A stretch of 64,000 nucleotides of DNA from Psammoneis japonica (Eukaryota), in the NCBI GenBank assembly GCA_008632985.1, contig QPGO01000016.1:654840-718839 (forward strand), read 5' to 3'. Position 1 is the stretch's first letter, and the number at the start of each line of letters is the position of its first letter. The translations under genes were made by a program, and so were the position numbers. Under the pieces are notes generated by a model. It searched no databases and had not been told where the DNA came from. It worked only from the letters and a program-made list of their open reading frames with translations. Positions 13,844 to 25,415 of the stretch are shown one piece after another.

Positions 13844-13949
13844 TTTGCGAAAAATGGACTTGACTGTTTTCTGATCAGGCGTATTTTTCTTCAATATATT
13901 TGCAAAAATACGCCTGACCCGATAACAGTCAAGTCTATTTTTGCACAAA
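13844..13949. repeat. Imperfect inverted repeat (~45-bp arms, ~15-nt spacer) in a divergent intergenic region
   Basis: 13844-13888 TTTGCGAAAAATGGACTTGACTGTTTTCTGATCAGGCGTATTTTT matches the reverse complement of 13904-13949, TTTGTGCAAAAATAGACTTGACTGTTATCGGGTCAGGCGTATTTTT. Confidence 0.9.
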
Positions 13950-14884
13950 TTGTGTGAACATATCAGTTTCAGTACAAAAACGTGTAGATTCTACAGGCGT
14001 CCATAATTATTTTATGCTTTTTACGTCACGGGTCATTTTCGAAAGATTCCTATTGGCTCTGCGGTATGTTTCAACGCACGGCAGAAAAAATGATAGGGAG
14101 TGTATGTTGTGTACTTACTGTGCTGTAAACCCGGATGTACCCGTCTGCCCGTCTGCCCGTCTCGTCACCTTCCGTTCGCCATCGCCGTTCCGGCAAGCGC
14201 GCCAGCACCACTTGTCAAAAATTTGGCGGGAGAAGATTCTTCCATCCGTTCTAAATCCGTTATATGATTTACGAATTAGATATGTAACATAACCATTATG
14301 CGAACTAAGAAAATTTCAAAATTGGTACTATCTACGTAGATTCTACGGGTCGCCAACGGATATCCCGTTAACGCGCGCACTTTTTTCCAATAAACACGGA
14401 GCTTTTGAAAAAGTGACGAAGCACATTGGTGGCAACACTGTATTTTTATTATTGACTGTTGTTGCACTTGTGCAGCTGTAAGCACATACTACAATCCGTT
14501 TCAACGGAGAGAGACAAAAGCGTTGTGTAATCAAAAACGAAAGTTTGTGTGTATTGAGAGACGACGAGTGTCACTGTTGTCTTGAGGTGCGTTTCAGAGT
14601 GGAGCATAAAGTACCGATCCCATATTGCAGGCTACGTGCCGGAGGTTACCGTATGGAGAGAGAAAAGCCTGTTTTCTGAACAAAACTACGGCTCACCCAC
14701 AGCTCGCTGTTGTTCTCTACTGTTTTCTTTCTGTTGTAGTTGTTCACAGGCAGTTCCATCCTATCAAAAAGTGCAGACGCTGGGTACTGTTTACTCAGAC
14801 AATACTGAATTCGCTCTTCAGAACCCCCAACTTTCTAATTTTCATAAGCTCCAGAACTTTATACTCTTTCATAAGGTCATCACC

Positions 14885-15439
14885 ATGGGAAAATCCTTTT
14901 CTCGCCCTTGTGTGGCAAACTATTATTATCTCGATCAGACCGAGCATGACGAAAGCAAGGATGCACTCTTGATTTCAAGTCGCACGTGCAAGGCATTGTC
15001 TTCTGAGACTTTGTCACTGCACGATGGTACCAGTCATTTCCTGAGCAACAAAAATGACCAGAAGAAACGTCAAAAGAAGAAGAATTCCATGTTGTTGTTG
15101 AAACGGTTCCGAGTCAAGCATCAACAACGACGAGCACAACGACAACGGAAAAAGTTGGATCAAGAGGGATCCTTTTCCTGTAATGTCATTGCGTGTCCGT
15201 TTCGAACCGCATGGGATCAACAAGACGAAGTCTTTGCGGAAACAACAAAGGACACTAGTGATGTCACAATCATGAGCAGTGGTAGTAGTACATCCGTTAT
15301 GAGTTGCAGCGAGGATGATAGCAGCAGTGATTATCATTATTTGGGACTTTCTTCGTGGAATAGTCAAATAATGGAGGATGATTTATGTACCATTGACGAA
15401 GCAGTGGAGATTTCGTTTCAAGATTCGATTGAGATTTGA
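14885..15439 (+). CDS. Hypothetical protein (MGKSFSRPC..), basic middle and acidic tail
   Basis: CACCATGG start context inside ORF 14582-15439; shares motifs with the 9332-10492 protein. Confidence 0.65.
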   Translation: MGKSFSRPCVANYYYLDQTEHDESKDALLISSRTCKALSSETLSLHDGTSHFLSNKNDQKKRQKKKNSMLLLKRFRVKHQQRRAQRQRKKLDQEGSFSCNVIACPFRTAWDQQDEVFAETTKDTSDVTIMSSGSSTSVMSCSEDDSSSDYHYLGLSSWNSQIMEDDLCTIDEAVEISFQDSIEI

Positions 15440-15948
15440 AAAGCACAAGAAAAAGGGAAAACACAAGTTGGGGTGCCACGCGTTTTGGTCAGTCCAAATG
15501 AGGAAGAAGAACTGGCTATGGCGCGTCGCACAACAGACAAGATGTAGAAAGAGAATAGATACACGATGCATAGAAATTTACTAGATACAAGTGATGAGAA
15601 ACATCAAACCCCCCTTCTTTTTCCTTTTCAAATATTTTGAATTCCATAGTTTCGATTGTAGGAAGGGCTGATTGGATGTCTCTCCAAAAGCAACGAGCAG
15701 CTTTTTTCCCGTTGGGTGTCAGTATGGCGCTATAAGTACACTAGTTTCTCGATACGGTTGAGGCATTGCTTCTTCTAGCATTACTATGGTTGCTCTTTCA
15801 TATTGCAAAGTGGAACGTAGAGGATTAACGGGTGACTTTTGTCATATGGATGAGTTTGAGGAGGGACGAAATTAATTCAATACGCCGTCTGCATACAGTT
15901 CTGCTTCGAACAAAGATATGAGCTTACTCTCCATACAAGTCATTCAGG

Positions 15949-16848
15949 TTATGTTCCACGGGGCGGTGGTTGCAATGGTTGTGGTTCGGGGAGAGACTCG
16001 GGAGTTCTCTTCATAACTCGCACTTCTCCATTCCCAAATCGAAACGACGAAAAGGCTCCGACATTCTCCACCCCAGCCGCATAGAGTTGACAAATTTGCA
16101 ACACATCGGCATGAGACACGAGAACAATGTGTTGATTTGCGTGTAATTCTTCCAATTTCACAATGAGCTCGTGCAGTCGAGTTGCCACGGCTGCTACGGA
16201 TTCCACATCAAAGGCTGTGTGGGTCACATTGAACTTGTCAACGGGCCACACGTAGGCATACGTGTGAATGGCAGCGTCGTCCAAACGACCAAACCATCGT
16301 TCCATGAGCAAATCGTCAATCTCAATCGTGGCATTGATATTTAAATCCATCTTTTCCGTGGACGACAATTCCGACAAGCCGTCCAGGCACGCTTGTGCGG
16401 TTTGTTTGGCACGAGCAAAGGGCGACGAGTAAAACAAAACCGTGTCGCCGGGTTTGGAAGTTTCACTCAGCGCATTCAACAGTTGTTTCGAAGATTGCTT
16501 TCCCTGTTCATATCCCAGTGGCGTCAATCCGTGCTTTGTCGAGTTTGCCAAGGACCTGGATGACGAAATGACACCCTCCACATTGCCCGTGGACTGACCA
16601 TGCCTCAAAAGATAATAGGTATTTTGGAGTTTCTCGGGAAGAGGAGGTGGCATGCAATTCACAATTTTGACATCGTCTGGCATGCCTTGGGTTTGTCGTT
16701 TTGCGGACCAACTCGATTGTCGTTCTTGTGGAGTGGTACTGCTGCTCTTGTGTGGTGGCTGCACCGAAAATGAAAGGACGTGACAATTTTTCGAAAAGGC
16801 TGCCGCCAACACGAGGACCAATGTGACGTGCAACTTGAACCGAATCAT
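15949..16848 (-). CDS. Histidine phosphatase / phosphoglycerate mutase family protein, probably plastid-targeted
   Basis: YYLLRHGQS, SSPFARAKQTA, LMERWFG and VLVSHAD motifs; signal peptide followed by F (VLS-F) and a Ser/Thr-rich transit-like segment. Confidence 0.9.
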   Translation of the reverse strand: MIRFKLHVTLVLVLAAAFSKNCHVLSFSVQPPHKSSSTTPQERQSSWSAKRQTQGMPDDVKIVNCMPPPLPEKLQNTYYLLRHGQSTGNVEGVISSSRSLANSTKHGLTPLGYEQGKQSSKQLLNALSETSKPGDTVLFYSSPFARAKQTAQACLDGLSELSSTEKMDLNINATIEIDDLLMERWFGRLDDAAIHTYAYVWPVDKFNVTHTAFDVESVAAVATRLHELIVKLEELHANQHIVLVSHADVLQICQLYAAGVENVGAFSSFRFGNGEVRVMKRTPESLPEPQPLQPPPRGT

Positions 16849-17049
16849 GCTTTCTCTTTCTTGCTTTTTTCTCTTACTACGGGATGGGGGATGAGTCAGG
16901 GTCGGGGATTTGTTACTGATAAGGACAATTGAAGAATGTAGCTGCGTTGTTCAATCTTTTCGACACACCGCCATGGCATGTATGTGATCCATCACCCATC
17001 ACCAATCACCATCACACATCACACGACGAAAAAAAAAAACGCACGCGTA

Positions 17050-19100
17050 GTCCGTCCTTCGTCCTTCCTTCCAGCCAAGAACAACAACAACTGTGTCCAT
17101 TGCTGACAAATTCTGCGCATGGCAAAAGCACATGAAAACAGGAAAGGATGCTTCTGTAAACAGCTTGATTGCTGCGCAGGGTCATGTTGGGAGGAGTTGC
17201 CATTCCACCCTCAAGGCAACTGCAGGCAGGTGTTTGCTGCAGCTTTCCCCCCTCTCCTCCTCACTGCAAAGAAAGATGCTGCGCCGGCCGGCATCCTCGA
17301 GTTGGTTGCTCATTGTGAGATTGTGTCACACCTTTGCCAACACCTGCTCACTCATCTTCTGTCACAAGTTGCAGTGGCATTGCCAGAACTGGTTGTGCTG
17401 CCACCAGGTGGGCCAGCGGCCATTGCCAATGTGACATCAGCCCTTCTTCAGCACTGGGAAGCGTGCCTCGGTGTGTGCTCTCCAATGACAAAAAAAGCAG
17501 CCCCAGGATGTCACCACTGCCCATGCTTCTGGAGCAGTGTTGTGGGAAGCAGGCACTGCTACAGCACTCCAGATGGGATCTTGGTTGTGTGACCAGGGAC
17601 ATGGAGTTTGCCAATGAGTGCAGAGCAAAAAGAAGCTTTCTCACAAGCTGCGGCTTGTAACACACACACGCAGTGCACACAAGACATCTGCCCATCTTTC
17701 TACATCTTTTGACAATAAAGGATCCCTTGAATCTTGCTCTTAAATGCTGCTTCTGCTGCAGTGCACAGCCATGCAGAGAGCTCCATTTGCAAGCCCCAGG
17801 TCAGCTTCTTTGCTTCATCATCGCACTGTCAAGCAGCCCGTGGCATTTTGGCAGCTCACAGCACACTTTTCCTGACAGGCACACAAAGAAGAAGGACATC
17901 CCAAGTTCCTGGGTGCTTTGCACTTGCTGCACAGCCAAAACCACTGAGCAAACAAAGCTTGCACATTCTTGGAAGATCTGCAGACCTTCTCAAGAAGGCA
18001 GCTTCGAGATCCCACATTGTGGCAACAAAGTGAAAATGTGGGCAAGTGCTGTTTTTGTGGCAATTCTCTCCCTGCATAAAAATTTTGTTGGCCCACAACC
18101 AGGCTGTTGCTTGCCTCTCAAACAAGCTGTGGGAAGTGCAGCCATTTTTGATGTGCCTGGCAGGAAAGCAAGCATGATGAGTGAGTGCCATTTGCAGCAA
18201 TTCTCTCCCTGCAGCAATTTGGCTGGCTCAAACCAAGGCCACTGGCAGCCTCAAACAAACTGCAGGAGCTGAGAAGCTGATTTAATTGACACAGTTGACG
18301 CATTTTTCATGTCTGTGCCATCAGCATGGACATGGCTTTGTTGTGCAAAGTGCCGACCCAGTGCAAGTTTGGCAAACATCCAGCTCCCAGAGGACCAGAA
18401 TGGCAACAAGAAGCTCATGACACAGCAGGACTTTGTTTGCAGTGACTTTTTTCTGCTGTCTGCCAGAAAGATGCCTTTTGGAGACTTGCACTGGCGGTGC
18501 TTTGGGCACAGCACAACAACTTGCTTTTGGATGGATGACAAGTCTTGAGTGCAGTCAAGCAACTCAACCATTCCCTCACAGGCAGTGGCTTCTTGTCCAC
18601 AAGAGCTTGATTTGCTTTGTCTGCTCAGTCAAAGTCATTGCTGCAACTGTGTGGCATGCTGAGGTTTTCAATGTTGTGGGCATGGACACTTCATGTGGTG
18701 GAGACTTTGAACACACCATTTCCATGGCCACAATAAACCTGGGAGCCAACAAAGGAGTTTCTCTTGTAAAAGTGGTGAAGGCCCCATTTTGGTGTGCAGC
18801 TTGCAGCTGCAGAAACACCAGACTGAGGAATGAGTTGCCTCAGCCTGGTTTGTGGTCTTGTGCAGTGACACCCGCGAGACATGATGGGCTGGTGCAGTGG
18901 CTGGCAAATGCTTCTGCTCTGCTGTCCCTCTCTTGTTTCATGAGGTTGCTGCCATCAGAAATGAAGTTCACGCTGCAGGTTCGTGAATGACAATTTTGAT
19001 TATGGCGTTCGGTGCATGGAACTCTCTCAGGCTTCTTGCACATCCACTTGAGAAGAAAAGCTGGGCAAAAAAAAAAGCTGTCTGAGGGAGATGTCAAGCA
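17050..19100. mobile_element. ~2-kb TpA- and CpG-depleted island, probably an old hypermutated repeat remnant
   Basis: Roughly a dozen TA in 2 kb by eye and few CG; many Cys/His-rich spurious ORFs in all frames; sharp boundaries against normal genes. No family recognised. Confidence 0.6.
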
Positions 19101-19186
19101 TAAGTTACATTGTACAATTCAAAATAGGGGTGATGTGATGTTCTTCTACATGTAGTGTCTATTATGTCAAAATCGTCAAGCTTCAT

Positions 19187-21365
19187 TCATGCTCTCTTTC
19201 CGCCTTTTCCTTTTGATTTGCTCTTACTGCTTCCCTTGCCTTTTCCTCCCTTAGAACTGGAGTTGTAATAGAAACCGTATCGGTTTCCTTTGGAGTGACC
19301 CTTTGAGCCGCCCTTTGAATGCCCCTTTGAATACCATTTCAAGCGACCCTTGGAGCGGTCCTTCAAATTCCCCTTTGACTGCCGTTTCGAGAAACCCTTT
19401 GATCGGCCCTTGGAGTAACGCCTGGAGTGACCCTTGGAGCCGCCTTTTCTAGTTGCTGGGCATGTTTGATAATTGCACGTACTCCCGGCCCCGTTCCATT
19501 TTCCAGAGCATTCAGACTCTGGGACAATTTCGCAGTGTCCGGTAAAATGAAATTTTGTACTCCATGATGAACCCCGTCCCCCGTATTTATTCCATGACCC
19601 CTTCCAAGTAAGCTCACGATCTCTCCAGCCAATGTATGATCCTTTCTTTCCACCTTTGCCTTTTCCTCCTTTACTTTTGCTATAGAATCCACTTGAAGAA
19701 CTTCCCTTGCTGCCTTTCCCCTCTTTGCTATCAGATCCGCTTGAAGAACTTCCCTTGCTGCCCTTCCCGCCTTTGGATTTGCTCTTTTCACCTCCTTTAC
19801 CGCCCTTTGATTTGCTCTTATCGTTTCTTTTGCTGCCGCCTTTGCCGCCGTCCTTGATGGGATATGAATAACAACAGGCACCAGGCATCTCCATGGGGTG
19901 TGTGGGATGCAGTGTGGGATCAACATCAAGCGACGTCGGAGCAGGAGTACTTGGCTTCGACATTGGTGTGGGACTGGGTGTATCCATAATATCAAGTACT
20001 GTAGGAGCCGGAGTAGCGGCGCAAGTGTAATCGTCGCAGACGCTGCCTCTTCCTTGATATGTGCCACCAAACTTGCTCTCGCACCGTTTCTTTGTTCTGA
20101 CAAGCATGCATTCACCATCAGACAAGCAGCAAGCACTCTTTGGCCGTCTCGTCGGCATTGGAGTAGGGCTGGGAGTGTTCACATCGGGAGTAATTGAACA
20201 GGTGTTGTAGTCACATACACTGCCTCTGCCCTGAAATATCCCGCTGAACGTGTTCTCGCACCGTTTTTTCGAATCGATGAGAATGCATTCGCCGTTCGAC
20301 AAACAACAGGCACTCTTTGGTCGCCTCGTCGGCATTGGGGTGGGACTTGGAGTATCAACAGGAATCGGAATAGTACAAGCAAAGGGATCACATGCAGTGT
20401 CATCCCCCTGATAACTACCATTCTCTAATATACAGGCCGCTTGGCTTGCAATTGTACATGTTCCAGTGGCCAGACAACACGCGCCACTGGAGGGAATTGG
20501 ACAGACAATATCCGCATCGTCACAAGAAGTGCCGCCCCCCTGGAATATCCCGTCATATCTTTCGCACCGCTTTGCACTCCTTCGTTCTTTACAAGTTCCG
20601 CTAGGACTGCAACATGCGCCAGGCTGAGGCCGACATCTCACATCGTCACATGTACTTCCATCACCGTTGTAGGTACCTCCGTCACTTTCGCAGGTGACTT
20701 CATCAATTTGTTTCCCGCACTATGAGCGACGAAATGAGAGAGGCGCTGTTGTGAGATGCGATTTAATCTTCGTGACGTTTCTTACAAGTATAAGAGCTGT
20801 AGAACTTACATCTCCATCAGGGAAGCAACAACTTCCAGTTTCAATGCCAAATGGTGTGGGAGCCGGCGTGGCTCCCGAGGGACACAAACCTCCCTCCACG
20901 CACTCGGTGTTTCCTCCCAGGAATTTTCCACCTGCGGACAGACAGTCCATTTTGCTAGCAATTCCGCATAAATCAGGTACACCGGGGGAGCTAGTTACAC
21001 AGCAGGCTCCGACTTTATCAAGCTTTGGAATAATTCAATTCGCAATCGATCGTCCACAATAACACAGTTAGAAAACATCACTACCAAAGGTATGTCTTGT
21101 TTTGTATTTTCAGACTTACCCCAGATTTAAGTTGCATGTCCGTGTCCAGCATCCTCGCCTCTTTCTCTGGAACTTTCTCGTTAAGCCCTAGCTTCGTTGC
21201 GAGGTCTGTGTAGCATAACATCAATACAAAGTTCAAGAATTGGTGAGCGACAAACCGCAAATATCAATGTCCGTCAGACCACATTATCGCAACAGTTTTC
21301 CTACCTGATGCTTCACAGCAAGAGAGGATAAGAAGGAGAAGCTCTCCCTTGTTGAAAAACTTCAT
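19187..21365 (-). CDS. Secreted Cys-rich (GACC-repeat) protein with TPSP linkers and a Lys/Gly/Ser-rich tail; 4 exons (21365-21305, 21205-21120, 21022-20810, 20719-19187)
   Basis: All three GT-AG introns splice in frame: MKFFNKGELLLLILSCCEAS-DLATK..EARML..KSG-LDKVGACC..PDGD-CGKQ... Seven (G/S)xCC..C..C..G.G..C modules, then KGGKG/SKG repeats. Confidence 0.85.
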
Positions 21366-21957
21366 CTTGAAGAAGTTCTTGATTGCTCTGCTGTTGGAGC
21401 GAGTTGTGATTTGGTAACCTTTTTCTGTGGAAGAGATTGGGCTCGGTTTGTGACCGTGATTTCAAAAACGAACTCCTTGCCACAATAATTTGACGAAAAC
21501 GGGAACATCTTCTGTTCCACGAGTAAAATATTAAGGAATGGAGAGTTACACTTGGAAATACATAGCCCTCGCATTTAACGGCCATCTCACTTAGATAAGC
21601 CCTAGTACCGTACAAGGTCAGAGACATTAAAATTTCCTTAGATACATTTCGGAAGCGAACCAATAGTACTTAGAATATCATGACATTGCGCGCTCGATTC
21701 GACGTAACATACGCGCACGCCCGGTCTGCTGGCACGCGCGCGAAAGCAATCTGGCGCATCGGTTCGTCTGTCTTCCGACTTGAAAAACTACGAGTTCCAC
21801 TAAAATTGAGTTCGAGCTGTGGTATCTCGCGATCCTTTGGCTTCAAGAAAGCTCAACCACGTAGAACTGTACGATGTACAGTACGAGGTGACGTAAACAT
21901 CATTGAGTTTCGCAGTGCGTGCGCCACCACACTTTGGCCGGAAAATACAAAACCAAC

Positions 21958-22752
21958 ATGAAGGTCGTTGCTGCTATCGCTCTTACCGCCTCCTCGGTTG
22001 CGGCCTTTGCGCCAGCAACTTTTGTCACTCGCCGTACGTAACAATAAAAGGTGTTTCGTGAAAGATCTGATGAATGTGGCCGCGTTTATGTTTGGAAGAG
22101 CGTCATTTCCCGTCACATCGATGTAAGCATGTTGAACAGGCGGACAGTTGGAACACATGCGACTAAAATAATCGCCGTACTGCGATCACGTGGATTCAAC
22201 GCGCGACGAGATAGAATTGTTTTCTGTTCCCAACTTGGAACATGCCATTTTTACTTACTCTATTCGCCATGTTGTTACGTTCTTCTTTTCTCTGCAGAAT
22301 CGGCATTGAACATGGCCGACTATGACTTGGACTACGGCAAGAAGAACAGCTATGTCCCAGCTTCTGGCGGTGACGGCGGACAGGGTCAGTTTGGTGCTGT
22401 TTCTCCCAACGATTGGCGTGTTCCGGGAACCTCCCCTGTCGGACAGAGCTCTTATCCCGGTGCTCCTGATGGCGGCGACGAACCCTGGTTTTCCGAGGCT
22501 GTCTCTACCGTGAGTTTGGACTTGGAAAAGGCCGAGGACACTCTCAAGGCTTTCACAAAGGAAGCTGCCTCTTTCAAGATTGAGGCCTTTGCCGAAACCA
22601 ACCCCAAGGACTTCAAATCGTCCGAAGCCGCACTTGATGAATTGGTTGGAGCCATGGGTTACGACAAATTCTTGGAAGCATCACCCAAGCAGCTCTTGAC
22701 CGCATGGGGCAAGCTCCACGGAGAGGATAAGAAGAAGGAGGATAAGAAATAA
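21958..22752 (+). CDS. Small plastid-targeted protein of unknown function; 2 exons (21958-22033, 22298-22752)
   Basis: Typical diatom bipartite presequence MKVVAAIALTASSVAA-FAPATFVTRQSALNM; the intron GTACGT(22034)..CTGCAG(22297) splices in frame. Confidence 0.85.
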
Positions 22753-23313
22753 GCCACGCGGCTGCGAGTTATAAATAATAGATGTGTCGGTTTTGTTCTT
22801 ATGAGAAGCATATTTCTTTGAGGCAGAAGTGAATGCATCTGTTGAATAGAGCAAATTGAATCAAGTGAGAAATCTCGTTTGGTTCGACCTTTCTGTGCGC
22901 GGATTGTTGACGTGCTCGGAAAGGAGTATTGTGTGTTGTTTGATAAAATACTAATGGACAATTTCACATGCACTCTAGATGAGTTAACTCCTTTCGTTGA
23001 CTCGTACCTACTGTGAACGGATTCTACTCTAGCTAAGTTAGAAGTACTGTAGTGTGGAGGAGGTTGAGATTCTCGAGCTGATGCCTCTCATCGCACCTTC
23101 AAAACGCGCAAACTCACTCAACGGATGACTGACTCACTCACAGGCTCCTCAGCGATCAGATAGAGCGCGATACATAGACTCACAAAATCGACTGCCAGAA
23201 TGATGAATGATCGACCGCGGCCGCTTCATACTTCAGACGCTGTCATTCGTCGCCATCTTTCTTCACTCGCAGCCCGACTGGCGCAATCCTTCTATAGATA
23301 GAACGGTTATTAC

Positions 23314-24027
23314 ATGATGAAAATTCACCACTCCCATCTCATATCCTTGAGAATCTGCCTGTGCTTACTTTGGTTTGTTGCAATCGCAACACTACCAAAT
23401 TGTCATGCATTTTCAACACCAAGCACAGCCATAAAAGTGACTGCACCGAAAACGACTCGAGAATGGAAAGACATGATTTCTGTTTTGGTGGAAGCCTTTG
23501 ATTATGACAAGGAAAAACAGGCGTCATCATGGTTTATGAACGTGCAAGAAAGCATTTCAAAACAGCAACACGAGCAATTTCTCTATCGCCGCTATACAAA
23601 AACAGCACGACGCATGCAGGGGAAAAAGTATGCCTTGCTCATTGCCAAGAATGGCGAGAATAGAATTGTCGGCATGGCAGAAGTGGGAATGAACAGTAGT
23701 GACAATAACGGCAAGCTCCAGGCAACCGTCGGAGTCTTGGCCGTGTTGCCGTCCCATCAAGGCAAAGGCGTTGGTCAAGCTTTGCTGCAAAAGTGCCAAG
23801 ACGTGGTTTGCGGAGAGGGTTGGAAACAAGACAAGTTGTACCTAGCAGTAGAACCAAGTAACACACGAGCCATGATGTTCTTTCAGCAACAGGGTTATCA
23901 TCCCGTAGAGGATGATGACCATCGAATGGTTATGATCCCGGTTTCTGGAAAGCAAGACACTACGAAACGGCCTCATGTTCTCTTGTGCAAAAGACTCGAA
24001 AGACACAACAATATCGCCGCTTGTTAA
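23314..24027 (+). CDS. GNAT-family N-acetyltransferase, probably plastid-targeted
   Basis: LAVLPSHQGKGVGQALL acetyl-CoA motif A, LYLAVEPSN..A..FFQQQGY; signal peptide ending CHA-F. Confidence 0.9.
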   Translation: MMKIHHSHLISLRICLCLLWFVAIATLPNCHAFSTPSTAIKVTAPKTTREWKDMISVLVEAFDYDKEKQASSWFMNVQESISKQQHEQFLYRRYTKTARRMQGKKYALLIAKNGENRIVGMAEVGMNSSDNNGKLQATVGVLAVLPSHQGKGVGQALLQKCQDVVCGEGWKQDKLYLAVEPSNTRAMMFFQQQGYHPVEDDDHRMVMIPVSGKQDTTKRPHVLLCKRLERHNNIAAC

Positions 24028-24214
24028 TATTGGAGTACTATTGGCGACTGTGTGGCACCCCCAAATGAAAGCGCTCAAATCTTTCACTAATAACGCGCAC
24101 TGCCGCCGCCATCACAAGGAGGACGACCGCTCGGCTGGCAACAACGTGCGGGTTGACGTCGCCGCACTGTCATCCAATGGAAGATCGATTAACGTGTCTT
24201 GCATAGTTGGGGAT

Positions 24215-24570
24215 GGAGTTGATTGGAATTCCGGCGGGCTTGTTCTATGGTCGGTTGACAGATACCTTTATCGACGAGGGAGTCGAACCGGTTGTCGGGG
24301 ACGGGGTAGAAGCGGCCGTTGGAGACACGGCAGTACCCATTGTTGGCGATGGAGTGGTGTCGCTTGTCGGGAACGAGGTAGACGGCGAAGGAGTGGAAGT
24401 GTTCGATGGAGACGAGGTAGAGGGTGAAGGAGTGGAGCCGTTCGTTGGGGATGGAGTAGAGCCGTTCGTCGGGGACGGGGTAGACGGTGAAGGAGTGGAA
24501 CCGTGTATTGGAGACGGTATAGACCCGATGGTCGGAGAAGCGGTTGTCGAACCCTTCTCCTGGAGGAAAT
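24215..24570 (-). pseudogene. Degenerate (TPSP/STPSP)n mucin-like coding repeat, probably from a decayed secreted-protein gene extending to ~25020
   Basis: Minus strand reads GSTPSPSTPSPTNGSTPSPTNGSTPSP.., bounded by in-frame stops; Cys-rich fragments upstream. Confidence 0.5.
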
Positions 24571-25415
24571 GACAGCATCATTGAAAGAAATTGACGACGA
24601 GATTCTGTCGACACATGCGCTGCTTACTTACGAGGATGTCAACGGTGAATTGTCCAACATCAGCATCCCACTTGACCCCAGTTACGAGGACAAAGTATAC
24701 AAGATCTGCGCAGGTTCTTTGAAGGCAGTTATCTCCGTCCTACTTGTTCGAACTATCGTGACTCGTACAACTTTGGCACTTGCAACAAACTTGGGAGGAC
24801 AGCTGCTCACTACCACACGGCACTATCAAAGAACCCCCGGCCTTTTTCCCCATCACGTACAGAGCGTGAATATTTGGCCGAGGAAAACTTTTGTTGCAAC
24901 ACCCCTCCCGATATCACCAAAGTGCGCTTGACAATAGCACGCCCGTGCCACACACAAGTGGCGAATGAGGCAGGGGGGGGTTACAAAGTTTTTGGCCAGA
25001 GATGCACAAGCCATTGCTTGTGTATTGCTACTAGATTCTCCCATTGAATCACTTCCAGGCTATCCTCATTGGTCGATCTCTCCATGAGACGTTTGCTCGA
25101 ATAATTTCAAGTAGAGTCGCACAAAGCACTTGCCCGGACACTCTAGATATTTCTAGAGAAAGCAAGCTAGCTAGTTTAGTTCGCAACGTCCTACGGTACG
25201 TAGTTTTGCGGAAAAAGATTCGACGACTCGATAATCATACAACCAACATTGAGTGCACATTCTGGTAACAAATAACGTACGCATAAACCTTACGTTAGCT
25301 TGACTTTTAGACTCAATGAGTTAGCTTATGTATATGATAAGGTTTAGTTGTTTGAACAATCACAAGGACCTCGCGAAATCTCGTCCTTGCGCAACACACA
25401 CATCATCCTTTTTCT

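Noticed and set aside
17093..18990. Many overlapping Cys/His-rich ORFs (also at 96-893 and 49500-52600) that look like metal-binding proteins
   Set aside because: They are by-products of TA loss, which removes TAA/TAG stops and creates TGY/CAY codons; no coherent domain.
22034..22297. Possible intronic C/D-box snoRNA (CTGATGA at ~22067)
   Set aside because: No convincing downstream D box or terminal stem was found.
24207..24572. Plus-strand (VGDGVE)n ORF, and the similar minus-strand ORF at 54755-55345
   Set aside because: Antisense shadows of TPSP repeats.
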